Counted from the first letter of the stretch, positions 8,681 through 22,927 are shown. The stretch is 64,000 bases of DNA from Rubritalea sp. (GCA_965204255.1 CBDBEG010000052.1:256225-320224), one strand, 5' to 3'. Notes: generated by a model from the letters alone, not told the origin. Made by a program: numbers and translations.

Positions 8681-9805
8681 CTGGTGCTGAAGCAGGGATA
8701 GTGTACGACCCTGGTTCAGAGGGACTTGTTCAAGCTACTCATTCGTTTCATAATTCCTAAGGTGTGAATGGATCGAGGGAGTTGAAGAGACCTTCAGCAA
8801 TCAGTGATAGTTTCTCTTTGTCTTATGTAAGGGAATTGCTTACTGAAAGATGTTTTAGGGGTCTATATATTTCATTTTTCAACTCCCAATATGAACCATG
8901 AAGAAATCTTGCAAAATTTGTCCAGTTTCTGTGCCCTGTAAGGCATTCTTTCTTGTTTGTATTCAGCTGTCATGAAATAAGGCTTCACTGAACAATACAA
9001 TGCTATGCAGCCATTAAATATTCTTTCACCACTCTAAAGTATTTGTCATAGTAAACAATGTGGTGTATTCATGCAAGATTGAACGTGAAAGAGTGTTAGT
9101 AGTGCTTGCTCTTGGGGGCAAAGACGTTAAGAAACATTGAATGTATACATTGTGATGAGGTATGGAAGGACTGACAGGGGTGCACAGTTCTTATCACTGA
9201 CTCAATTATGCACTTTATTGTAGTGGCTGCATGATACTGGGCGGAGGTGTGGACATTTCATTTGAGATCTGTATAGCTATTGGTCACACTTGCAGAGAAG
9301 TTCTGGACTTAAATTAATGTTGAGCTAATACTTTAGCAGTTGATGTATTCAGTGTATGTGTATAATGCACGTTCACATATTTCTGCAAAATTTTTGTACT
9401 TATAGTTATATTGCATTCACCATGGTATATTCTCCAAATTTTTTTTGGGATATAGCTACAATGTAACTGTGGAATATAGAGCATATATATGGTATGTACA
9501 CTTGCTTCCAGTCTCACCCATTTAAAAAACCAATTTCTGTGCATATAGCTGTTCTCAGGTCTCCAAAGTTTCACTTACATGAGATATCAATACATTTTCA
9601 GTGCATGTGATGTTCACTGCAAATCACTGCCTAGAAGTAGTATATGATTAATCACTCAGAACCATACTGGTCTAACCTAAAATCAAGTATTGGAAATTGC
9701 ATGATGCAATAAAAACTTACATACCCTATGAGCATAAGACTAAAATTTGAAATTTTAACATTTTCAGCAGCTCCTGAAACACCTTTTGAGAGTATTCCCA
9801 TGTTA

Positions 9806-9828
9806 GGGGGGGGGGGGGGGGGGGGGGG
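9806..9828 (+). repeat. Poly-G tract, G23 (U2)
   Basis: Same flanks as in U1. The length was counted directly. Confidence 0.9.
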
Positions 9829-11818
9829 CTAACTCAACATTTGTGGGTTAGACCACTCTGGTTCTCAACCCTTCATATTATCTTCTGCCTTTAGAGTCTA
9901 ATAACTATAAATAGTACAGTAAAACCTCTAATAGCTAACAGACCCTCCGAGAAGCGGACAACCTCTCTACAGTGGATGGCTCACTTGCCCCCGATTGATT
10001 TTACCATAGAACTAATACATTTCGAACCTCCGAGAAGCGGACACCTCTCAACTCCGAACAACGGACACTGATCAGTCCCCAACGTACCTTGGCCAATACA
10101 AAATTACCTCCGAAAACGGACAGTGAAGCTACACCCACATAATGCTGATGCTTAATCACTGTCATATCTTCTGCCTTTAGAGTCTAAGTAGTATAGGCAT
10201 GTAGCTAGTGTAATGAGCGTGTGGCATGGTTGAGTTCACACACTATAGGTATTAGGTATTGGGGTGGTACTGACTTACAGTGTATAATATAGGAGAATGT
10301 AGAATATTGCAGAGGCAAGGGGTGCTGAAGCACCTGTTGTGGGGCGAGCAATAAGGGCAATATTGCTTGGCTAGCTAAAGCTACATCAGTGCATAGTTCC
10401 AGATCTGATAGGCCATGCATATAGCTGACAGGAATTGTCATTCCTTATAGCCACAAGAATGACTGAAGCCTGTCAACTAATGAGTTATGGATTCACCAGG
10501 AAACCCTCCATTTCATTCCATAGCTATACATACTTTAAAAGCGAAACAGTTAACAATGGTTAGGTATCAACACATTTTCATCATTCACATTCAGGAAGTC
10601 AACAGGCACATATCCTACTAAATATTAATTCTACTACCAAGTAAGGCTTGCATGGGTATTTTCAGTCAAACTGGGAAGAACAACTGCTTCTTGTATATGA
10701 AGTTGAAAACAATGAAAGGGACCACATGTTTATGGACGCTTGTAAGTAATTACGTTATATACATGATATACATGCACACAATTTTGCCTTTAGTATCTCT
10801 TTAATAAAGCCATCAAGTGCAAAAGTTGCACTGAACTACAAGTTTGGTCACAATTGATTAAACCTGTCTGTATAGGTCTCTCTCTGATTGTAGCCCATAA
10901 AGCTTTATATGTGTACAGTACCTCAAGTAGTGACTGCAGTGCTACTCAGCTTAATTTTCATTTATGTTCAAGTTAATTTTTTGGTATTTTTTCTGGTTGT
11001 CTGAGAATTAGCTAATGACTAGCTATGTTGAAAGCCTTTATACACTTGATTGATGGAATAACTGATCGACTGCCAAGTTAACATGTAAATGATGAAAAGT
11101 CATGCTTATTGCAAATCAACAATGTGTTTATCATGATTGTCTCTATAATCTCTTCATTAGCTTCATAGTTACTGCTGGCAGCAAGTAGAGGGTGTATGTA
11201 TGCATATATGCATGCTGATTAGTTGTATGCCTATATTCAATGTACTATGCTGATTAGTTGTGGCTTCATTGACTAAAACTAGTCTCATGCCCAGACCGAA
11301 CTCTCCCACAAGAAAACACAGTCTTGTGATCCAAGTCAATTTCCCTGGGCTGGTGTAACTTGGGGAAAAGTTCAAAACATGTTGCGACACACCCACTCAA
11401 ACACTGTTTGGATACCCAACTCAAGGTGCAAAGTTCATTGCTGCAAGTAAGGAAAGAGCTACAGAACATTTAACAATTTCATTGGGCCAAGAAATTTGAC
11501 TTTGTCCAACAGAATGGTTTCTTGCCGGGAGGCACATGTGGGCTGGGCATGAGATGAGAGTAAAACATACCAGCTGAAAATCAAATTGAAAAGGAGCAGT
11601 TCTGTTTCAAAATTCATTCATAGTGAGAAGGGTTTTGACAATCTATAGGGAACCACCTAATATTCTATAGGGAGTCCTCTGAGATGTTAATTGTTCTATT
11701 CAGCATAATGATTCACACCTAACAAACTTCATAGATGATGTGCTCTGGATTCCATCATGAATGCAAAGTGAAGTTGAATCTCATCACTTCTATAAGTTCT
11801 AGCTTGACCAGTCAAGAG

Positions 11819-11826
11819 TATATAAA
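11819..11826 (+). promoter_or_regulatory. TATA box of gene A2
   Basis: TATATAAA lies 92 bp upstream of the ATG. Confidence 0.6.
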
Positions 11827-11910
11827 CCCCAAATCTCATGGTCCTCAGCATGGATTACCTTCATTCAAAGAACTTGAAGACAAACACTCATCTGTACTGC
11901 TAATGAAAAT

Positions 11911-12597
11911 ATGACAAACAACTGCTGCAGCATTGTTCTTGGAGTGTTCTTCCTGTTTGCCTGCTCTCTGCAATGCATTAGTGGCAGCACTTCTCCGGAT
12001 TCATCCCTAGGAAATGTGGTCCTCTATTCTGTGACAAGAAGTACAAACCTGAATGTCACCCAGTCTATAAGTCTTGCCAACAACATCATGCAGGGTCTGA
12101 AACAAAAGGGAATAAGTGACAATGATTGCTGTGGGTGCAAGAAGCGATCGGAAGACTACCTGATTCACCGATTCAAGACCGATTCACGAAACCCTGACTG
12201 CCTGCAAGTCAAGAAGATGCTTGAAGGTAACAATGCATCAGTCTTTGCCGTAACAGCTGACATTAGTTGTGTAAGGCCTACTTATGACTCTGAGTGCTTC
12301 CCAAGCAACAGCAAAGCCTCGTGTTCGTGGAGACAAAGTTTTGAGCCCATCCAGAATGCAAACAGTGACATTTTCCCCAAGTACGCTGTGAATACTGTAT
12401 GCAAAGGTTGCAATGAGTATGATTTTGCGTGCATGAATCAGCACAGGCAGTGCTACACCTACAAACAGGAAGTTGGATTTTATGTCCTGCAGAGAACAAA
12501 CAGGTGCAGCAGTGATGGGTATGAAGAATGGGTGAGCACCTACACTCGACGGTACCTCAATGCGGCTTGCAGTTGCCAATTCCTCCGCCGTGATTAG
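11911..12597 (+). CDS. Paralog A copy 2 (IL-17-like, inferred)
   Basis: 228-aa ORF. The mature sequence is identical to A1. The N-terminus reads MTNN rather than MITN. Confidence 0.8.
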   Translation: MTNNCCSIVLGVFFLFACSLQCISGSTSPDSSLGNVVLYSVTRSTNLNVTQSISLANNIMQGLKQKGISDNDCCGCKKRSEDYLIHRFKTDSRNPDCLQVKKMLEGNNASVFAVTADISCVRPTYDSECFPSNSKASCSWRQSFEPIQNANSDIFPKYAVNTVCKGCNEYDFACMNQHRQCYTYKQEVGFYVLQRTNRCSSDGYEEWVSTYTRRYLNAACSCQFLRRD

Positions 12598-13594
12598 TAA
12601 AGTAGAATATCTGACCACAATAGTCAGTCATACCTGCAGACTCTAGTCTTTAGTATCATTTATAGCATATAATTATCATGTATATAGTTGTAGCAGGTTA
12701 CTGATCTTGATTGTACACATAGCTATCGTTTAAGAATATGAAATCATTTTGTTAAACAGTGAAGAAATGTGACCAATCACTTCGAGACGGTTATATGTTC
12801 TGTGCAGCAACATGTGACACACTAACAACCACTAGTCTAGCCATGTTCTTGGAGACAAACACCTGCACTTCATAGAAAAGACTAAATGTATTCAAAGTTG
12901 TCTGAGACACTATAGCTAAGTTCAAATAATTTGCTGCAAATTAGTGCTAAGTTATAAGGTCTACTGATTTGCTCAACTCTTCATTTCCTCATAGCTACCT
13001 TTGACCATGCAGTCCAGCTTTCTACAATCTAGTTGTACACATCAACTCATTGTGTGAAGAAAAGGTTGAAGCTAAATTATAGTCAGGCTCAATGTCTATT
13101 GGTGAATAATTTACTCACAATTTACTGGTACTATATCAGTTCTTACATTATGGAAGTTTCTAACGTAGTTGCGTTAAAAAACCTAGCTACTACTTGAAGA
13201 GCTGAATGCAAACCAGGACTCCCAAAGTAGGCTGATTAGTCTTCTGAACTCTCTTCATTCACACCATACAAACAGATAAGTAGCTGGTAGCTTGTGAACT
13301 AAGCTGTTAACTATCCCTGCTTCATGCAGGACAAGTATTTACATGCAAGCTGACTGTTTGCAACAGACAGCAGTACATAACAGTGCAACATATGAACATT
13401 ACAGAACAATATTTTCGCAGATTAAAACTTATAGCAGTCGCGCACGTTTCGCACGAGATCACGTGACACGAGCGGGACGAACATGATCCGGGCACGTGCC
13501 CGGCCAGGCCCGGCCTTCGCTACGACTGTTGCTGTAATCAACTACTTTCATACGCATGCATTCGAAATCTAACACTCACCTGTATTGATCAAAC

Positions 13595-14351
13595 ATGTCC
13601 ACCTATAGCTACTGTACTGTTGTAGCTATTCTTCTTGGAGTCGACATTCTATTTGTCTGCTTTCTGCATTGCAGTATTTTCATCCCTAGGAAATGTTGTC
13701 CTCCATCCTATGATAAAACTGAAAGTCTTGATGATGACATCGACATCCTGCAGGACATCAATCACAATGACATCCTTAAGAACATCAACATCCTCAAGCA
13801 CTTAGGAAATGTGGTCCTCCACTCAGGTTGGGAGCGACATAACTGGAAATCTTGCAGTGACATCCTGCAGGACATCAAAAAAACAAGGAAATGTTTTCCC
13901 CCCACATCATTCAGGTTGGGACATAACTGAAAGTCCTGACATTGACCTCTTGCAGGACATCAACCAAAAACCCAAAATATGGTCCCCACACCATGCAGGT
14001 TGCCCGGGGATATAACTGAAAGTCTTGACAATGACATCCTCAGCTGCAGGGCATCAAACCACAATGATATCCACATCCTACAAGACATCAACCGAAAAGC
14101 AAGGAAATATAGTCCTCCATTCAGGTTGGGACATAACTGAAAGTCCTACAGTGACATCCCACATGCAGGATATCAACCAAAAAGCAAGGAATATGGTCTT
14201 GACGATGACATCTTGCAGGCCCAACATCAACCAAAGTGACAGGAATCACAATACAAGGTTTATAGTAAATTTTGCGTGGTGTGGTGCAAGGTACATATTG
14301 CAGTTAGGATCTAGGGGGGCCTGCTTCTCCCAGTGTTTAATGCACATATAG
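13595..14351 (+). pseudogene. Locus D copy 2
   Basis: The first ORF is 111 aa (MSTYSYCTVVAILLGVDILFVCFLHC...). Repeat units start at 13689, 13805, 13887, 13974, 14103 and 14188. Each carries ataactga, which places stops in two of the three frames. Confidence 0.45.
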
Positions 14352-15371
14352 GAGCTAATGTTAAAATTAAAGGTGTCTGTGCATATAGCTACCCCTGCAA
14401 TAAATAACGTCATGTCCATTGCTTCATTTCATTGCCAGTGGCTAAATCTGGCAGCCCAGTTGGAAGGCATGCTTCAGTATGTAAAACTAATACTGGTGCA
14501 GTTTAAACAAGGTGTCAACGATGAACACGATTAACATCTGCTAGACTCTCTCTCTCACTTTTCCAGATGTTGAGAGATGGACTGGCTTGACATAGGCACT
14601 GGCTTGGCGTAGGTTCTGACATAGCGACCTTCCAGCTGCAGAGCAATCTCCCCCTAACTACCAAAACAGAGATGGCCATATCTGAACTGGGACTCACAGG
14701 TAATGGTTCTGGTCTGAATCAAGAAGACTTGAGAACATTCAACCCAAAGATGTAAGAAAAAACATTGCAACCCAAAATTTTAGGGCATGGTTGTCATTTA
14801 TCTTTGTATGCGCATGCGCAGTTCCAAAAATGGCCGTGAAAACTTGTCCGCTACCTAAGGTCAGGGTTCGACTAGTCTCGCGTAGCCATACTCTCGCCGA
14901 CGTGAGTCTGGCTACGCGAGATTAGAGTTCGACACACCATGGTTCACACAGGTCAGTTGGGTAAGAATCCTGCATGCAGTTATATCATTGTCGTGCATTG
15001 CCATGTAAAGTCTTGCATCAAAGCGTTGACCATCTAAAACACGTAGTCTTGTTGACGCCAAGTTTCGCCCAGATGAGTGAATTAACGCAGGGCAATTTTA
15101 TTGAGGCTATATCTGTTAGGCTACAGAACTCGCTCCCCCACCCACGCAACTCGACCTCCCGGTCTCGACCCCAGACTGAGAACGGAAAACAGTGTTCCGC
15201 TTTGCAATTCACTCGTTCTGGCGCAATATCATTTTTCACTTTCTACGACATTATGGGAGGAAGATCTGAATTCTATGAGAATATTCCCATGCAAACTTTA
15301 CCGACTTTCCGACTCTGTCAAGCACTGCACCGCTATGCATACAGTGGTTAACGCAAGTCCGAGGCTCTAGC

Positions 15372-15379
15372 TATAAATA
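15372..15379 (+). promoter_or_regulatory. TATA box of gene B2
   Basis: TATAAATA lies 117 bp upstream of the ATG. Confidence 0.6.
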
Positions 15380-15488
15380 TCCTATATCTGCATGATATGC
15401 AGTCAAACCAACGAGCTACTCCATTCTCACCACCAGTTGTGTCAGAGAAAGAATTACATTACCATTACTCTAAGTATCATCAACGGCA

Positions 15489-16142
15489 ATGTATCTAAAG
15501 TCGTTTATCTTTCTTTTGTGCGCATATTCTCTCATTTCAGCGAAGCCAGTCTCTGTCAATTTGAGCAGCGTTGACACTACGGCGGAACGGCCGACCTCAA
15601 TTACTGGACTATCAGGTGATCAACCGAAGCCGACCCACACCACGCATAAGCGGCAGGCAGGCGACAGTAGTGTAAATTCGGGCGGCGGATCGGACAACCG
15701 CCCTGCAAGCGGTACTGCATTATTCAATGCCGTCCAGCAAAACCCTCTCTATGCTCTCTCGGAGATGGCAGAGCTTAAACATGCTGATGCTATCTCTCGC
15801 CGCAAACGCCAGCAGACCGGCTCCAACGCAAACGTCATTATACCAAGACAGATTTGCAGTAATGTACTCAGCATTCTGAATGATGACTCCATTCATGTTG
15901 CATGCCCGTCTAGCGGACACAACAATGTGTGGTATCAATGCGAATACCAAGAAAATCGAAACCCGCGTTATTTGATACAAGCTACGAGTTGTCAAACGGA
16001 TCGGTCATGCGGGAGTCAGTGTCCTACAAATGGACAGTGCAGAGACCGTAATGCTACAGTGACCATTGCAGAACATACCGGAGACTTTACTTGGCGAAGA
16101 GTTTCCACTCAGATCAGACTAGGCTGCCAGTGCCGACTCTAG
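15489..16142 (+). CDS. Paralog B copy 2
   Basis: 217-aa ORF. A 3-bp indel in the signal peptide gives FLLCAY instead of FLSLCAY. It differs from B1 by about 10 synonymous and 7 replacement changes. Confidence 0.8.
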   Translation: MYLKSFIFLLCAYSLISAKPVSVNLSSVDTTAERPTSITGLSGDQPKPTHTTHKRQAGDSSVNSGGGSDNRPASGTALFNAVQQNPLYALSEMAELKHADAISRRKRQQTGSNANVIIPRQICSNVLSILNDDSIHVACPSSGHNNVWYQCEYQENRNPRYLIQATSCQTDRSCGSQCPTNGQCRDRNATVTIAEHTGDFTWRRVSTQIRLGCQCRL

Positions 16143-16420
16143 TAGCCAATGAGGTATCAAGTTAGATGCTATAGCTAGGGTAGTTTTGAATTTTAATAGC
16201 AGGAAGAGAACAGAACTATAGCTGCGGCATTCACTCACTTTTAGATCTATAATTATGCTGTATTACTGTGATTATATATACCTTGAACTATATCACTTAT
16301 GAACGATGACTTTTAATTGATTATGCATGTTTGAAATATTGTTTAATCCGGACAATCATACAGTGGAATCCGACACCCCTCAACAGCGGATACCCGCGAT
16401 ATAACGGGCAATTTTGACAT

Positions 16421-17216
<796 letters not shown>

Positions 17217-17494
17217 TGTTGGATTGAGAGCCCAGCCACTGCTTGTGCTACAACAACAGAGATGCTGTTGTTGGTGACAGATGATCCTTGTGGTGTGGGC
17301 AGTGTGTAGGCTGTGTGCAGATGAAATGCACACAGAGCTGCAATGATTAGCAGTTGCATGCTTGCTTGTGAGGTAAACATGATGTTTTTCACTCAAGATA
17401 GCTTTGAGGCAGATTTGCGATAGAACTCTTTATCATTCACGTCCTGTCTCTTGTTGTTGCTGCTAACTGATGACAGTGGTGTTTCCATGCTCTC

Positions 17495-17502
17495 TATAAA
17501 TA
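17495..17502 (-). promoter_or_regulatory. TATA box retained upstream of the chimeric C2 ORF
   Basis: Same motif and offset as C1. Confidence 0.5.
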
Positions 17503-18569
17503 CTGGTGCTGAAGCAGGGATAGTGTACGACCCTGGTTCAGAGGGACTTGTTCAAGCTACTCATTCGTTTCATAATTCCTAAGGTGTGAATGGATCGAGG
17601 GAGTTGAAGAGACCTTCAGCAATCAGTGATAGTTTCTCTTTGTCTTATGTAAGGGAATTGCTTACTGAAAGATGTTTTAGGGGTCTATATATTTCATTTT
17701 TCAACTCCCAATATGAACCATGAAGAAATCTTGCAAAATTTGTCCAGTTTCTGTGCCCTGTAAAGCATTCTTTCTTGTTTGTATTCAGCTGTCATGAAAT
17801 AAGGCTTCACTGAACAATACAATGCTATGCAGGAATTAAATATTCTTTCACCACTCTAAAGTATTTGTCATAGTAAACAATGTGTTGTATTCATGCAAGA
17901 TTGAACATGAAAGAGTGTTAGTAGTGCTTGCTCTTGGGGGCAAAGACATTAAGAAACATTGAATGTATACATTGTGATGAGGTATGGAAGGACTGACAGG
18001 GGTGCACAGTTCTTATCACTGACTCAATTATGCACTTTATTGTAGTGGCTGCATGATACTGGGCGGAGGTGTGGACATTTCATTTGAGATCTATATAGCT
18101 ATTGGTCACACTTGCAGAGAAGTTCTGGACTTAAATTAATGTTGAGCTAATACTTTGTACTTATAGTTATATTGCATTCACCATGGTATATTCTCCAAAT
18201 TTTTTTGGAATATAGCTACAATGTAACTGTGGAATATAGAGCATATATATGGTATGTACACTTGCTTCCAGTCTCACCCATTTAAAAAACCAATTTCTGT
18301 ACATATAGCTGTTCTCAGGTTTCCAAAGTTTCACTTACATGAGATATCAATACATTTTCACTCAGTGCATGTGATGTTCACTGCAAATCACTGCCTAGAA
18401 GTAGTATATGATTAATCACTCAGAACCACACTGGTCTAACCTAAAATCAAGTATTGGAAATTGCATGATGCAATAAAAACTTACATACCCTATGAGCATA
18501 AGACTAAAATTTGAAATTTTAACATTTTCAGCAGCTCCTGAAACACCTTTTGAGAGTATTCCCATGTTA

Positions 18570-18592
18570 GGGGGGGGGGGGGGGGGGGGGGG
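18570..18592 (+). repeat. Poly-G tract, G23 (U3)
   Basis: Same flanks as in U1. Confidence 0.9.
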
Positions 18593-20397
18593 CTAACTCA
18601 ACATTTGTGGGTTAGACCACTCTGGTTCTCAACCCTTCATATTATCTTCTGCCTTTAGAGTCTAATAACTATAAATAGTACAGTAAAACCTCTAATAGCT
18701 AACAGACCCTCCGAGAAGCGGACAACCTCTCTACAGTGGACGGCTCACTTGCCCCCGATTGATTTTACCATAGAACTAATACATTTCGAACCTCCGAGAA
18801 GCGGACACCTCTCAACTCCGAACAACGGACACTGATCAGTCCCCAACGTACCTTGGCCAATACAAAATTACCTCCGAAAACGGACAGTGAAGCTACACCC
18901 ACATAATGCTGATGCTTAATCACTGTCATATCTTCTGCCTTTAGAGTCTAAGTAGTATAGGCATGTAGCTAGTGTAATGAGTGTGTGGCATGGTTGAGTT
19001 CACACACTATAGGTATTAGGTATTGGGGTGGTACTGACTTACAGTGTATAATATAGGAGAATGTAGAATATTGCAGAGGCAAGGGGTGCTGAAGCACCTG
19101 TTGTGGGGTGAGCAATAAGGGCAATATTGCTTGGCTAGCTAAAGCTACATCAGTGCATAGTTCCAGATCTGATAGGCCATGCATATAGCTGGCAGGAATT
19201 GTCATTCCTTATAGCCACAAGAATGACTGAAGCCTGTCAACTAATGAGTTATGGATTCGCCAGGAAACCCTCCATTTCATTCCATAGCTATACATACTTT
19301 AAAAGCGAAACAGTTAACAATGGCTAGGTATCAACACATTTTCATCATTCACATTCAGGAATTTTGCCTTTAGTATCTCTTTAATAAAGCCATCAAGTGC
19401 AAAAGTTGCACTGAACTACAAGTTTGGTCACAATTGATTAAACCTGTCTGTATAGGTCTCTCTCTGATTGTAGCCCATAAAGCTTTATATGTGTACAGTA
19501 CCTCAAGTAGTGACTGCAGTGCTACTCAGCTTAATTTTCATTTATGTTCAAGTTAATTTTTTGGTATTTTTTCTGGTTGTCTGAGAATTAGCTAATGACT
19601 AGCTATGTTGAAAGCCTTTATACACTTGATTGATGGAATAACTGATCGACTGCCAAGTTAACATGTAAATGATGAGAAGTCATGCTTATTGCAAATCAAC
19701 AATGTGTTTATCATGATTGTCTCTATAATCTCTTCATTAGCTTGATAGTTACTGATGGCAGCAAGTAGAGGGTGTATGTATGCATATATGCATGCTGATT
19801 AGTTGTATGCCTATATTCAATGTACTTTGCTGATTAGTTGTGGCTTCATTGACTAAAACTAGTCTCATGCCCAGACCGAACTCTCCCACAAGAAAACACA
19901 GTCTTGTGATCCAAGTCAATTTCCCTGGGCTGGTGTAACTTGGGGAAAGTTCAAAACATGTTGCGACACACCCACTCAAACACTGTTTGGATACCCAACT
20001 CAAGGTGCAAAGTTCATTGCTGCATGTAAGGAAAGAGCTACAGAACATTTAACAATTTCATTGGCACAAGAAATTTGACTTTGTCCAACAGAATGGTTTC
20101 TTGCCGGGAGGCACATGTGGGCTGGGCATGAGATGAGAGTAAAACGTACCAGCTGAAAATCAAATTGAAAAGGAGCAGTTCTGTTTCAAAATTCATTCAT
20201 AGTGAGAAGGGTTTTGACAATCTATAGGGAACCACCTAATATTCTATAGGGAGTCCTCTGAGATGTTAATTGTTCTATTCAGCATAATGATTCACACCTA
20301 ACAAACTTCATAGATGATGTGCTCTGGATTCAATCATGAATGCAAAGTGAAGTTGAATCTCATCACTTCTATAAGTTCTAGCTTGACCAGTCAAGAG

Positions 20398-20405
20398 TAT
20401 ATAAA
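20398..20405 (+). promoter_or_regulatory. TATA box of gene A3
   Basis: TATATAAA lies 92 bp upstream of the ATG. Confidence 0.6.
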
Positions 20406-20489
20406 CCCCAAATCTCATGGTCCTCAGCATCGATTACCTTCGTTCAAGGAACTTGAAGACAAGCACTAATCTGTACTGCTGATGAAAAT

Positions 20490-21176
20490 ATGACAAACAA
20501 CTACTGCAGCATTGTTCTTGGAGTGTTCTTCCTGTTTGCCTGCTCTCTGCAATGCATTAGTGGCAGCACTTCTCCGGATTCATCCCTAGGAAATGTGGTC
20601 CTCTATTCTGTGACAAGAAGTACAAACCTGAATGTCACCCAGTCCATAAGTCTTGCCAACAACATCATGCAGGGTCTGAAACAAAAGGGAATAAGTGACA
20701 ATGATTGCTGTGGGTGCAAGAAGCGATCGGAAGACTACCTGATTCACCGATTCAAGACCGATTCACGAAACCCTGACTGCCTGCAAGTCAAGAAGATGCT
20801 TGAAGGTAACAATGCATCAGTCTTTGCCGTAACAGCAGACATTAGTTGTGTAAGGCCTACCTATGACTCTGAGTGCTTCCCAAGCAACAGCAAAGCCTCG
20901 TGTTCGTGGAGACAAAGTTTTGAGCCCATCCAGAATGCAAACAGTGACATTTTCCCCAAGTACGCTGTGAATACTGTATGCAAAGGTTGCAATGAGTATG
21001 ATTTTGCATGCATGAATCAGCACAGGCAGTGCTACACCTACAAACACGAAGTTGGATTTTACGTCCTGCAGAGAACAAACAGGTGCAGCAGTGATGGGTA
21101 TGAAGAATGGGTGAGCACCTACACTCGACGGTACCTCAATGCGGCTTGCAGTTGCCAGTTCCTCCGCCGTGATTAG
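20490..21176 (+). CDS. Paralog A copy 3 (IL-17-like, inferred)
   Basis: 228-aa ORF. It differs from A2 by C5Y in the signal peptide and by Q to H in YTYK(Q/H)EV. Confidence 0.8.
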   Translation: MTNNYCSIVLGVFFLFACSLQCISGSTSPDSSLGNVVLYSVTRSTNLNVTQSISLANNIMQGLKQKGISDNDCCGCKKRSEDYLIHRFKTDSRNPDCLQVKKMLEGNNASVFAVTADISCVRPTYDSECFPSNSKASCSWRQSFEPIQNANSDIFPKYAVNTVCKGCNEYDFACMNQHRQCYTYKHEVGFYVLQRTNRCSSDGYEEWVSTYTRRYLNAACSCQFLRRD

Positions 21177-22170
21177 TAAAGTAGAATATCTGACCACAAT
21201 AGTCAGTCATACCTGCAGACTCTAGTCTTTAGTATCATTTATAGCATATAATTATCATGTATATAGTTGTAGCAGGTTATTGATCTTGATTGTACACATA
21301 GCTATCGTTTAAGAATATGAAATCATTTTGTTAAACAGTGAAGAAATGTGACCAATCACTTCGAGACGGTTATATGTTCTGTGCAGCAACATGTGACACA
21401 CTAACAACCACTAGTCTAGCCATGTTCTTGGAGACAAACACCTGCACTTCATAGAAAAGACCAAATGTATTCAAAGTTGTCTGAGACACTATAGCTAAGT
21501 TCAAATAATTTGCTGCAAATCAGTGCTAAGTTATAAGGTCTACTGATTTGCTCAACTCTTCATTTCCTCATAGCTACCTTTGACCATGCAGTCCAGCTTT
21601 CTACAATCTAGTTGTACACATCAACTCATTGTGTGAAGAAAAGGTTGAAGCTAAATTATAGTCAGGCTCAATGTCTATTGGTGAATAATTTACGCACAAT
21701 TTACTGGTACTATATCAGTTCTTACATTATGGAAGTTTCTAACGTAGTTGCGTTAAAAAAACTTAGCTACTACTTGAAGAGCTGAATGCAAACCAGGACT
21801 CCCAAAGTGGGCTGATTAGTCTTCTGAACTCTCTTCATTCACACCATACAAACAGATAAGTAGCTGGTAGCTTGTGAACTAAGCTGTTAACTATCCCTGC
21901 TTCATGCAGGACAAGTATTTACATGCAAGCTGACTGTTTGCAACAGACAGCAGTACATAACAGTGCAACATATGAACATTACAGAACAATATTTTCGCAG
22001 ATTAAAACTTATAGCAGTCGCGCACGTTTCGCACGAGATCACGTGACACGAGCGGGACGAACATGATCCGGGCACGTGCCCGGCCAGGCCCGGCCTTCGC
22101 TACGCCTGTTGCTGTAATCAACTACTTTCATATGCATTCGAAATCTAACACTCACCTGTATTGATCAAAC

Positions 22171-22927
22171 ATGTCCACCTATAGCTACTGTACTGTTGTA
22201 GCTATTCTTCTTGGAGTCGACATTCTATTTGTCTGCTTTCTGCATTGCAGTATTTTCATCCCTAGGAAATGTTGTCCTCCATCCTATGATAAAACTGAAA
22301 GTCTTGATGATGACATCGACATCCTGCAGGACATCAATCACAATGACATCCTTAAGAACATCAACATCCTCAAGCACTTAGGAAATGTGGTCCTCCACTC
22401 AGGTTGGGAGCGACATAACTGGAAATCTTGCAGTGACATCCTGCAGGACATCAAAAAAACAAGGAAATGTTTTCTCCCCACATCATTCAGGTTGGGACAT
22501 AACTGAAAGTCCTGACATTGACCTCTTGCAGGACATCAACCAAAAACCCAAAATATGCTCCCCACACCATTCAGGTTGCCCGGGGATATAACTGAAAGTC
22601 TTGACAATGACATCCTCAGCTGCAGGGCATCAAACCACAATGATATCCACATCCTACAAGACATCAACCGAAAAGCAAGGAAATATAGTCCTCCATTCAG
22701 GTTGGGACATAACTGAAAGTCCTACAGTGACATCCCACATGCAGGATATCAACCAAAAAGCAAGGAATGTGGTCTTGACGATGACATCTTGCAGGACCAC
22801 CGTCAACCAAAGTGACAGGAATCACAATACAAGGTTGATAGTAAATTTTGCGTGGTGTGGTGCAAGGTACATATTGCAGTTAGGATCTAGGGGGGCCTGC
22901 TTCTCCCAGTTTTTATTGCACATATAG
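22171..22927 (+). pseudogene. Locus D copy 3
   Basis: Same structure as D2. Confidence 0.45.

Larger units (their letters stand above)
1..9363. repeat. Tandem macro-repeat unit U1 (~9.4 kb; genes A1-D1-B1-C1)
   Basis: The start motif aatgcacgttcacatattt at position 1 recurs at 9364, 27310, 50160 and 59671. Gene order and orientation match the later units. Confidence 0.9.

Noticed and set aside
13800-14240. Mini-introns in locus D: each repeat has cag|gttggg...ttgcag|g, and removing them gives a longer open frame
   Set aside because: The putative introns would be only about 31-51 nt, implausibly short for typical metazoan splicing. The resulting frame still ends within the repeats. There is no supporting evidence without transcript data.
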